NCBI GenBank assembly: GCA_000934665.2
Contig: KZ538055.1
Coordinates: 119,147 to 139,146, forward strand
Origin: Catajapyx aquilonaris
Lineage: Eukaryota
Direction of reading: 5' to 3'
Length of the DNA: 20,000 nt
A program made the translations under genes and the position numbers. The notes under the pieces were generated by a model that was not told the origin of the DNA, made no database searches, and saw only the letters and a list, made by a program, of their open reading frames with translations. Position 1 is the stretch's first letter, and each line of letters begins with the position of its first letter. This document shows, one piece after another, positions 1 through 9,308 of this stretch.

Positions 1-646
1 AAATGGTCCAAGGAATACAACCATGCAGTTTGCCTGCCGATTAATTACGAAACACCCTCTACTCTATGTTGGCTAACCTCCCTGACATTCTGCTCCTTGT
101 ATGCTGTGCATAGGTTACCTTTGACACCCTTGGAGCACTCTCGAGTCCAAACTCCCTTTGCCATCTGTGAGTTTCCATTAACACGATTTACATTTGGACA
201 GTGCCACGTAGACCACACTCATGGGACAGTAAGTCAAGCCAAGTTGACCTCACTCTATATGCATTGGACATTGCTGCTCTCTCTCTCTCATGATCGACTT
301 TACTAACGCTCATGGCCATTAGGATGATTCTTACGACCAATTCGGAGAGAAACTAAGGAGATACCCAGAAGAGAGGTCCATTATGGAAACGTAGTGAAGG
401 TTTATTTTAGAGCTTTCTGGGTCCGTTATTACGGCAGTAATTATTGCAATGATCGTTATCCGTGTGAAGCGTGGAAAAATCAGGTTATTTCACCCACCAA
501 GTACCGTGTGCTTTGCAGATGAGACTTGTATCCCGCACATGATAATCCCTGTCATCCACAAGTACAGCAAAATGAAAACGTAGCGCAGGAATATGGAGCC
601 AAAAATTACCCTCCCATATACAGTATACAAGCGCAATTTCAAGCGG

Positions 647-2990
647 AAGTGGCCAAGAGACCCAAAAATCCTAGTCGATGGCTGCAACTTCATGCAGCAA
701 GTATGGCTTGAATCGAGTTGCGGACGCCCCTCACCCTGCTGTATGTCATAAGCAATGCATTTTGAACCAGTTAGTAGAACATGTCCGCTCCATTGCCCTG
801 CAGTAATGGAGATAATTTTGGGGCCAGCCAGCCAGCCATCCAAGCTGTGCATCGCAGTAACGTGGCCCCCCTGCAGCACAAACACTTTTCTCGCAAATTC
901 CCCTTCCCTTCACGGTTTTTTTCCATCCGTGTTTTTTGTTGTTGCGGTGCAGAAGAGGTCGGGAAGGGTGAAGAAGGGGTCTGCAGTGTGTTCCGAGACA
1001 GTATTCTGAAGCGTAACAGCGTGGTAATTCCCTTGAATTCCCCATACACTATGCGAGTAGGAATTTCAATTCAGCTCGTCCCACTTCCTGCAAAGTTAAA
1101 GGGAAAAAAGAGATAGAGAGGCTGGAACGAATACTGTCTTGTCTGGACTGTACAGTGCATTTCCAGCACAAAAACTCTATTGTGTGCGAGTGGGTGATTT
1201 TGCAATGATTTGGACAAACAGCTGAGATGGATACAGCCTACGATACTTCCATCATTTCAGATGGTATCTGCTTCTACACATACTGTATTAAGATCCCAGT
1301 TAAAATGACATGCCACACTTCTCTCTATATAGGACCTCACCGTAAAAATTTATTCGAAAACATTAAGAAGCACACTGTATGCAGCAGGTTTCAAGGCACA
1401 AAAGACTGGGAAAGTTGTGGCACTCAGCCAAACTTTTCCACCCGTGACCTGGACATGTAAATGCACCTCACATTACAAGGAAGTACACTTTTGTATGTGG
1501 CCAGGACTATTTTTTTCCGATTTTTTTATCGCCTCCTGTCGTTTCCTGTGAAACTAGATTGTACCTAGGCAGCCTCCATCCATCCAGGCTTCGTTGAGAA
1601 TTTTGATCAGTCCTATACAAGAGGATTTTCTCCAGCCTCTTTCCGTCCAGTCCTTGTTACCAACTTTACATCAAAAAGAGTCGTCTACTTTGAGAGAGAC
1701 ATGGGTAATGTAGCTTACATAACTCTACCCTTCTCATCACTCCTTCTCTCTCATTATTTTATTGCATATTCCAGACAGATACCAAAAGGTACAATGAAAA
1801 GGGGGACAAAGGGACATCCGTCAGAACTGAAGGTCCCGACTCACGAGACGTAAGGCCCTAAGCGCTCAAAACAGACAAAGGAGATGTGCCTAATGTGGAA
1901 TACCCATTATTATTTTAGCTTCTACAGATTGCAAAAATGAATCAACTGTCTGAAACTTACAATAATTTAATCTTAGAAAAATGCTTTAATATCTCTTAGA
2001 TCCCGCAAGATAATTACCAGCAGTATGTTGCATGTTTTTTTTCATAACCACATTTTTCTGAAACCTTACGAAAATGACCCCTCAGAAAAAGTGTTCCTAA
2101 TGAGGAATACCTCCTTTATTGGCAGAAATCACATACATATCGGGTGTAAGGGATATTCTTTTTGCTGTTTGAGCGCTAATTTTTACCTGTACCGATTCTG
2201 CAGACATTGCTGGCGATGGTCGTGACAACAGTTTTGCGCTGTTCAATACGAACGAAGTTGATATCTTCGATGTATTTTTTTTTTGGTATGTGGTCGGCAA
2301 AAGTGATTAATCGGTTTTTCTAGAAAATGTTAAGTGATTCACTGCTTCTCTACATCGTCGCTGCGTCTGGACCTTTCCATTCGTCTCCCAAATTTGCCAC
2401 TCAGAATTTTATAAGGTATATGAAAAATTGATCTGACGAAGAATGCTTCTTTCAGTATGCTCTCCAATTTCTCCTCTTCTGCGCTCTCAATAGTGAAATT
2501 GAGAGGCGTCTATACTGTCATTAGTACAAATCTGTCTATATAAGGAGGATCGCTTTTCACTTTGAAGATTATTATTTTTCAAGCAAACTTCAGCCCTCTG
2601 CAGATTATGCAGTGTAGTGCAAAGGAAAAGGGAACGTTCTCACAGAACTAAGCTTATTTTGCCGGTTCTTAATAAGAGCCTATAGGAGTTCCTTTCAACT
2701 AAATTGGTTAAAAAAACGACCTGATTTTTTCCTGATGGGAATATAAGCAGTGTTATTCTCCTGAGGAGTATTCAGCAGTGAGCATCACACCTGGACTAAC
2801 TTCAGGTGTCCTGTTCAGAGCAGGTCTAATTTGTAGGTAATTCGTGGCAGCTGACTCGATTAAAAGTCGCAACCGCGAGTCTGTCTCCTCTAATTTAATT
2901 TTTGTTTTCAAAGACGCAGTGTTCTTTCCGGCAAACTACAATCTAACTGAAGCGCGTTACAAGCCAGGCGACGCCTTGTCCTTGGAAATG
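647..2990 (+). pseudogene. Fragmented THAP-domain Kolobok-type DDE transposase
   Basis: THAP-like KWPRDPKI..CNFM...CCMS*AMHFEP lies in one frame (647-769). It is followed by W-x-TQPNF (1418-1436, frameshifted; cf. WxSQP), AASIHPG..NF (1569-), DIAGDGRDNS (2203-2232; cf. catalytic GDGRxDSPG), YALQFLL (2456-2476), AKEKG (2619-2633), EHHTW (2780-2794) and FRQTT (2926-2940; cf. FRxTxxLE). There are many stops and frameshifts, plus several short GT-AG intron-like spacers. Confidence 0.65.
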
Positions 2991-3099
2991 CTCAAACATT
3001 AATATGTGATTACAGCTGAGAATTACGGCACTTCTGAGTTGGGTAGAAACTACTGCTAATTATATCGTTATCACAATGTAGCAGAAGCACAATAATTAT

Positions 3100-3747
3100 G
3101 TATTGCGTCATTTTCACTTGGCATCGCGTCAAGCTACTGGGTCCGCAGAATGCTGCTAATTACTTTACGTATGCCGGCATACTTTTAGTTCCCCATCCAG
3201 AAAGTTTCGCTGCCGCATTTTGAGCGACACAACTCCGATATAATGTTTCAGACTTTGAAATAATTTAAGCTGCTTTCCCACTATAAAACGGCCTGCGTTG
3301 TTTCTCCTAGTTTCATTGTGATTCGGTATGGATTTTAGGGTAAGCCCTTGCCACGTACCCCATTTTCTGTTCAAACCTAAGCTTGAATATATGGACCAAG
3401 AAGGTACGCGTTGCTTACCATAAGAGACCTGCTGCTTAATGAAAACCAACCACCTTACATCGCTGGGCACCCTATTGTTGGAGATGTGAAGTGAGGCTGC
3501 ACACATCAAAGATGATGCCCTCATCTGAGCGTTCTTTGACGGCCCCGAGATGAAACCTGAGAGCAGGAGGGAATTTCCCGACGAGTAGCAGAAGCCATTA
3601 GCTTTACGAGACCTTTTCGCTTGCTGCTGGAAGGCAGCATCACCTCTCCCTTTCCTAAACATGCCCTCAAAGCATTGTTAGACCGGTCCATTTCCAGCCT
3701 CGCATTTCCTCGACTTGTCTCATCGGCCCAAAGTGCCCGAGGGCAAT
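3100..3747 (-). pseudogene. Fragmented KolX-like second ORF of Kolobok (Cys-rich, similar to the P2X7 C-terminal domain)
   Basis: After an acceptor (ctttcccttccttAG, exon start 3747) comes GHFGPMRQVEEMRGWK (3738-3691). Its F, G and W codons (ttt, ggc, tgg) are each one substitution from Cys, which restores CGxCxPMx4ExxCC. Next are CSLTSH (3501-3484; cf. CITxH) and TFWMGN*KYAGIRKVISS...MPSEN in one frame (3205-3110; cf. FxxWxxGxLGxGxRxVIPSC...FP). A Pro/Ser-rich upstream segment may extend to about 4215. Confidence 0.65.
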
Positions 3748-5712
3748 CTAAGGAAGGGAAAGCTACGAGGCTATGAAACTGATCCAACTAACAGTTGTGG
3801 GGAGGCAGCAAAGCAAGGTGTCGTTTTCATACAGACACAGACACATCTCATGCAAGCATCAGCTAGAGGGTTTACGGCTCGGGTTCTTATCTGCTGCGTC
3901 GATTTGTAGCGAGGAAAAGGAGGGGTTTTCGAGAGGCGTTTGAGGGTTTGACTCGCTGAGCCAGAGGCTGAGTCGATGAGCCCGTTACATGGACGTTATC
4001 TGCCTCGGGCGTGTGTTTTACATCCAGAAATGGAGGGATCTTAGTCGAGGCTGGAAATGTCGCAGAAGCTACACTGCCATCCCTTGTTTTTGGGTGGATG
4101 GCCTGGTGATGTCGGGCGGAATTCACTACTGCTGGTTGTAAAGGGTACACTCGCGAGCATAAAGTTGGAAGCGGCATGCTGGCCCTCATCTTCGGCAGGG
4201 TGCTCTTCCAATCTCAGCTATTAAGGTATCAAAATAATATACTGTTATAAATACACGAACACACGCCTGAAACGGGCTAACTCGATCCAAAAAGAGTCTA
4301 TTAATTTGAGTCGGGTAAAGAAAGGTCAGAGAAGGCCCGCAGCGTCTCCAACTTTATTCTCGCGGGTGTATCGTCGTCACGGAGAGGCAAACGATGCCTG
4401 GCACTTAACGACGCGACGTGGGTCATAACGGGCTTCACTTACATGCACTCAACAGCTGGACGAACCTACGTATAGTGCTTTGACGTAAAGTGGGAAGAAC
4501 TCCAGCTTTTAACTGACTATGATTAATGAGATTGCTGTTATAAAAACATCAGTCGTCAGTGACCGTTTTATGAGCTGTGTCTGTAGTGGATAGTGATTTG
4601 GTTTAATAATACCAACTCGGCGACAAAAAAAAGTTCATCAATACGTGTCATGCTTTGATAAAAAAATGAACCTTTCAACTTATATAAACGGTTAGCCTGA
4701 ATCAAACATATTTTCCTATACATTTACAAGTTAGTGAAATTGAGATTTGCAGCACTCACAATCGCGCCAACTCAAACTGACAAATCGACACCTTGAAATA
4801 AATTATTTTGTTACTGTCAACCGCTGGTAATGGAGACTATTACTAATTGACACACCGCTAATTGACCGGTCGAGGAGTACTAATCAAAATTGTGCAAGTA
4901 ATTAACAATCTAATTGTGTATGAAAATGGAGGAACTGCGTCGTTGTCAGCCAAGAGCCTAATCATTCATGACCAATTGTCATTTTTTGGGGGTTGTCACT
5001 ATCGGACATGTCAACCACGAGGTTCCATCAGCTGGTCAAATAGACCACCACCGTGCAGCCGGCACAAAATTTGGGACTGAAGGAAACTCGATACGAGTAA
5101 CAAGAACACGGGTCCGTTATACAAGTGATCTAATGGCAACATGCCCACTAAATGCAATGTTTGTTTATACGTCTCTTAAATATTGGGTTTAGGACTTAAC
5201 CACTAGTTAAAATGGCTTGCTGGTCTTAAGAACATGTCACACGGCAGAATGGAATTTTTCAAAATAAAATATTGCAATACCTCGAAACAATTCCAGCAGT
5301 GATATGGCTTCAGCAAATCACTGGTAAATCTGTTTCTCCGACAGTATAACAGCAGTTGACTCCCTAAAACAACTACTCGCAACTGTATTAGGGTTGCAGG
5401 CGCCTTCCATTGTTTAAACATTTATACCTTAATTAAGACTCAAGACCCGTGCCAGGAACTGTTTCGGCCACTTGCAGGGCCGTAAACTCAGGTGAGGCAA
5501 GGCGCAATATTCGTTGCAGTATGAACGAGGGTTGCAGTATGAACGTCAGAGTCGTAATGTTCTCAGCCTGAAATCGATCTTCCTAGTTCAATGGAGATTT
5601 TGTGGCGTCCCACGCCTGCATCGGCTTACAATGCCTCAACTTTTTTATCGTTGCTTGCTTCTCGCTTCCCCGCAGAGCTACAAATCAAAAAAGGGTGTTG
5701 GGATCTAGATAC

Positions 5713-5718
5713 TTTAAT
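5713..5718 (-). promoter_or_regulatory. Possible polyadenylation signal (ATTAAA) for the NPFR-like gene
   Basis: ATTAAA on the minus strand about 120 nt downstream of the stop codon. The evidence is the hexamer alone. Confidence 0.2.
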
Positions 5719-5835
5719 ATAGGGGCAGTGGTGACCCATCTTCAGTGTTGTCAACATCAGGCAACGATATACTACGTAGTAAATGTATATGTAAGAGGAT
5801 TAACTGACCTGAAGTTAGACAGTGGCTAGTGGACG

Positions 5836-7287
5836 TCACATCTGATTGGACAGGTTGGGTTGAGCGGGCAGCACCTGCGTGACCAGAGTGGTCTGCTCCG
5901 AGTCCATCATTTGCACAATGCTGCCGTTGTTGCCGTTGTCGTGCTGCTGCTGGGAGGAAGAGGCGTTGCGGAAATGAACAGAAGGGGAAGAAGCTGTTCC
6001 TCTTCTGCTCCCTCCTCCTCCGTTCCCCCCGTGGTTGTTGTTGTTGGTTGTTGTTGCGGTGCATGAGGATCCCCCTCCCTGGTCCGGCTGCTGGAGAAGA
6101 GCCCCAGACTGCTGCCCGGTCCTCCTGGTGAGGGTGGCCCTACAGTCTGAGTAGGCCCGTCGGTTGGCCCAGGGGCACATACGCACCGCGATCTCCTTGA
6201 ACTCCTTCCGAAAGTTGTCGTTGAGCCATCCGTAGAGCAGTGGGTTGGAGCAGGCGCTGCTCATGCCCATCATGTGGCAGATGGCGTAGATGATGAACAT
6301 GGTCTCGGTGTCGTTGCCGAACGGGTTGTGAAAGTCCACCAGCACGTTGTACAGGTTCAGAGGCATCCAGCTGACGCAGAAGATGAGCGAGATGGCCACC
6401 AGGAGGGTGTTGGTCTTGCGCATCCTCCGGTCATCCTTCTTCCCTCCTCCTCCGCTGGGCTGGCACTTGGACTTGGTGCTTGCACTAGTGGCCATCCGGC
6501 CTTTGAGCTTCTTGCAAATCCGGGCGTACGCGATGCTCACGGTCACTATGGGCACCACGTACTGGAACAGTATGGAGAACACTGAGTAGTAGGCTCGGCC
6601 GTGCTCGGTCGGCCAGGATTCCAGGCAGTAGTCGATCGAGTCCAGGCCCAGTCGGTGCAGGTTGATGGTGTGGTGCACCAGGGTGCGCCAGATGAACAAG
6701 GGAAGAGCCAGCAGGAAGGACAGGGCCCAGATGCAACTGAGGATGGCCACTGCGCCCACCTTCTGCAGGTTCTCTTTGGTCGGGTAGACTATGACCTGGT
6801 AGCGGTCCAGGGCTATTGCCGTGATGGAGATGGTTGAGACGAAGATGGAGGTGGCCTGCAGGGACCCTGCCAGCTTGCAGAGGAAGGGCCAGTTGCCCAG
6901 GGGCCAGTACTTGGTCAGGATCTCCATCAGGGTGAGAGGCATGGTGATCAGGCAGAGGAGGAGGTCTGAGATGGCCAGGTTGATGATGAACATGTTTCGA
7001 GCAGTCCGCATCGATGGCTTCCGGACCACCGCGCAGACCACCAGGCTGTTCCCTGCCGCCCCGAAGAGGATGAGGAGGCTGTAGGCACAGATCAGGCTGT
7101 AGAAGGCGACGTCGTCCACCTTCCGGTTCAGGGCGAATCTTTCGATCAGACCGTAGTCTATCCCTCGAGATACGTTCAGGAGGAAGGTGATGTTCTGCAT
7201 CAGGGCGCTCATGTTCGCGTCCATCTCGCCTCCGTTCTGAAGGTACTCCATCAGGCTCAGACGGTTGTTCAGTACAGGGTCGTCCAT
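5836..7287 (-). CDS. NPFR: Neuropeptide F (NPY-family) receptor, rhodopsin-like class A GPCR, single coding exon, 483 aa
   Basis: Seven hydrophobic segments with class A motifs: GAAGN (TM1), RTARNMFIINLAISDLLLC (TM2), ALDRYQVIVYP (TM3), CIW (TM4), YCLESWP (ECL2), FCVSWMPLN (TM6) and CHMMGMSSACSNPLLYGWLNDNFRKEF (TM7/H8, typical of invertebrate NPF receptors). N-terminal sequons NMS, NIT and NVS. Strong GC3 bias relative to the flanks. The start is placed at ATG 7287 (aagATGg, good Kozak context) because the ORF-track extension to 7440 crosses a polypyrimidine tract and acceptor. Confidence 0.92.
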   Translation of the reverse strand: MDDPVLNNRLSLMEYLQNGGEMDANMSALMQNITFLLNVSRGIDYGLIERFALNRKVDDVAFYSLICAYSLLILFGAAGNSLVVCAVVRKPSMRTARNMFIINLAISDLLLCLITMPLTLMEILTKYWPLGNWPFLCKLAGSLQATSIFVSTISITAIALDRYQVIVYPTKENLQKVGAVAILSCIWALSFLLALPLFIWRTLVHHTINLHRLGLDSIDYCLESWPTEHGRAYYSVFSILFQYVVPIVTVSIAYARICKKLKGRMATSASTKSKCQPSGGGGKKDDRRMRKTNTLLVAISLIFCVSWMPLNLYNVLVDFHNPFGNDTETMFIIYAICHMMGMSSACSNPLLYGWLNDNFRKEFKEIAVRMCPWANRRAYSDCRATLTRRTGQQSGALLQQPDQGGGSSCTATTTNNNNHGGNGGGGSRRGTASSPSVHFRNASSSQQQHDNGNNGSIVQMMDSEQTTLVTQVLPAQPNLSNQM

Positions 7288-7316
7288 CTTGTCCCGTCGG
7301 AGAGGACACTCACCAA

Positions 7317-7350
7317 CTGCTGCTGCAGAGAGGGGAAGAAGGAAAAGTTT
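7317..7350 (-). promoter_or_regulatory. 3' splice site (polypyrimidine tract plus tandem CAG CAG CAG) of a 5'-UTR intron of NPFR
   Basis: The minus strand reads aaacttttccttcttcccctctctgCAGCAGCAGttg, 30-36 nt upstream of the ATG. Composition switches from AT-rich to GC-rich at this point. Confidence 0.75.
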
Positions 7351-9135
7351 CATACAGTTCACAATTGTCCGAAATTGCTTTGGAATTATCAAGCACAGTC
7401 TGCTGGGAAATGCTCTTGCCAAGTCGTAATGAGTTTGCATGTTTGCAGTTACAGAAACACAATGACGTTAATCGCCCAGGGGCTGTGCAACCTTTCAGTA
7501 CTGTACGGCACATACGCCTTACAACCGAACTCCTTCTAATTATTAAGAAAAAAAGACCCATTCAATATTCATATCACCAGACGAATGAACTTCCCAGCCC
7601 ATATCGCCCTTTAACGCAAGTTCTTGGTAATCCCTGCGGGCTGAACTCCGATAACCTCAATACCTGGATTATTTCAACAAAAAAAATACAAAAGGAGAAT
7701 GTAATTTTTGTCCAATCCTCAAGAGCAAATGTTTGCTCAGCTTCCAATTACTTTAAGCTTATAATCTCTGGAGTGCTTTTTCCGCTCGCCTCTGCTCTGC
7801 GGATATCCCAACCTGATTCAATTTAAGGGTTTCCAAAGTTGGACCGGAGCAAAGAGACTTGTCCGTCCTCCATTTTTGTAATTGTATGTGAAAAGGTCGT
7901 TTCTCTCCAGAAATACAATATTGTTGCAATAGCTAAGGACGCTCGGGATGTAACTTAATTTACAATGCGATGCCTGTAGATCCAATTTCTTTAATTGATC
8001 TGACACAAAAGGAGAAGTTTCATTTATTACATTTTTATTACATTTTATTTATAGTGCTGCGGTTTGCCTTTGAGAGAAAGACATTGTGTAGGAAATGAAT
8101 TTCTGGGAAATCATATAGACAATATATTCTCAACTTCCCAGAGTCATTGTTGCCGCTGTGATATTGCCGCTCTATGCATATTCTCCAATCTACGATTAAT
8201 CAATCTCGTATTAATGTGTAGCTGCTAATAAATAATTGGGTCGAATGTCGCACGTCAAAGGCTCTGATTTTTGCTCAATCGTTCTTTGACGTAGGGAGCC
8301 AAACCCTCTTCACTTCACTGAGCACATGTTGTGGCATTTCCAATAATGATTTTCCAAAGGCAAAGGTGGAACGAATTCTTCCTGATGGAATTCCTGTGCT
8401 GAAAGTGTATACACCCACCCCCGAATTCCCCGAGTGCTTCCAGCCCTCCCTCGTTAAATCTGTCAAGCGTTGACAGATAATGCGCCTTCAAGCCTGGAGA
8501 CAGGGAATTGAATGCGGATTGGCTATCAATTCAGGGGCACACCGCAAAAGCGTTATCAGAGCTCCGAATGCTCCACTGTAATTACTCGTGAGATTATTCA
8601 GTACCTACAGTGTGTGCCAGCAAGGGCGGATAATCGATGTGTACTTTGCCTTGTAGGCAGGTTATACACTCTGCTGGAGCCGCACTGCTTTGCACTTTAC
8701 TCTTCAAGTGCAGATACGCCTTTTCTACCAAGCATTGGCAACATTCTGGTCGAATTCCTGTCTTAGGCTGATCAACACAAAGAGAACAGCCTTCCGATTC
8801 ATGGAAAGGGGGGCCCCTTTGCACTGCACCTCCATCAGTCTCTCTATATATATGTATACAGCCGTGCTCTGGGCTATATACACAGCCGGATCCTTGCTCG
8901 TTTTTGCAGCCAAATCCCAGAATCCATTTTTGAACTCATCAGATCCAACTTGTATTCCGCCTCTTTATGTCATCTCCTTTTCACAACGCAGAATAAACAT
9001 GTTCGTTGTGCACGAAATATTTTGCCATCTGCTAGGGAAACTCCGATGCCAGCCAGAAGGAAAATGCATATCGCATTTTTTTTTATGCGGCCAGAGACAC
9101 AGCCCACAGTTAGATTTGATCCAGAGAATTCGATT

Positions 9136-9194
9136 TACAGGGTGCCACAAAATGTTGAGCAACTTTGCCGAATATGGGGGATGTCACGTATAAA

Positions 9195-9268
<74 letters not shown>

Positions 9269-9308
9269 AATAAAAATGCGACACTTTTTGTGGTGCAATA
9301 TGACTGTA
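9136..9308. mobile_element. Small Tc1/mariner-like non-autonomous element (MITE) nested in the hAT remnant
   Basis: Left end TA|CAGGGTGCCACAAAATG (9136-9154). The right end, reverse-complemented, reads TA|CAG(tcatatt)GCACCACAAAAAGTG, a degenerate inverted repeat sharing CAG and CCACAAAA. TA flanks both sides. Confidence 0.45.
9195..9266. repeat. Perfect (ATT)24 microsatellite
   Basis: 72 nt of uninterrupted ATT, read directly. It explains the poly-L, poly-I and poly-N ORFs in the track. Confidence 0.99.

Larger units (their letters stand above)
647..4512. mobile_element. Decayed Kolobok-like DNA transposon with two convergent genes (THAP-DDE transposase on +, KolX-like on -); boundaries approximate
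   Basis: Transposase-like motifs occur in the expected order on + (647-2940) and KolX-like motifs in order on - (3747-3110), matching the convergent two-gene Kolobok layout. CCAGCTTTTAA (4502-4512, TTAA at 4509-4512) is a tentative right end. No matching left terminus was found. Confidence 0.65.

Noticed and set aside
3689..4059. 14-bp inverted repeat CATTTCCAGCCTCG (3689-3702 / 4046-4059)
   Set aside because: One such match is plausible by chance in 20 kb. There is no target-site duplication, and one arm lies inside KolX-like coding remnants.
5475..5502. CAGGGCCGTAAACTCAGGTGAGGCAAGG, resembling a hAT terminal sequence
   Set aside because: No partner inverted repeat or 8-bp target-site duplication was found.
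5815..5838. TGA-C stop context with possible readthrough adding X-RPLATV
   Set aside because: The extension is only 6 codons, the context is not the strong TGA-CTAG, and no conservation evidence is available.
5714..7309. Overlapping alternative-frame and antisense ORFs (e.g. the 274-aa ORF at 6485-7309)
   Set aside because: These are expected shadows of a high-GC3 coding region and show no recognisable domains.
7288..7440. 51-aa N-terminal extension of the GPCR ORF (MQTHYDL...)
   Set aside because: It runs through a polypyrimidine tract and acceptor into AT-rich sequence with no coding bias, so it is probably intron and UTR.
1096..7614. TTAAAGGG (1096) and CCCTTTAA (about 7607-7614) as Kolobok termini enclosing the GPCR
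   Set aside because: The match is only 8 bp and does not extend, and the left site lies inside the transposase remnant. There is no support for gene capture.
7600..8010. Weak hAT-like or P-loop-like peptide SGKSTPEII...EDWTKI on the minus strand
   Set aside because: It is not a valid Walker A motif, and there are too few collinear motifs to call a transposase.
8594..8824. Cys-rich minus-strand ORF (CSLC, CCQC, CITC) resembling a zinc finger
   Set aside because: It is antisense to the hAT-like remnant, and the spacing fits no finger family I recognise.
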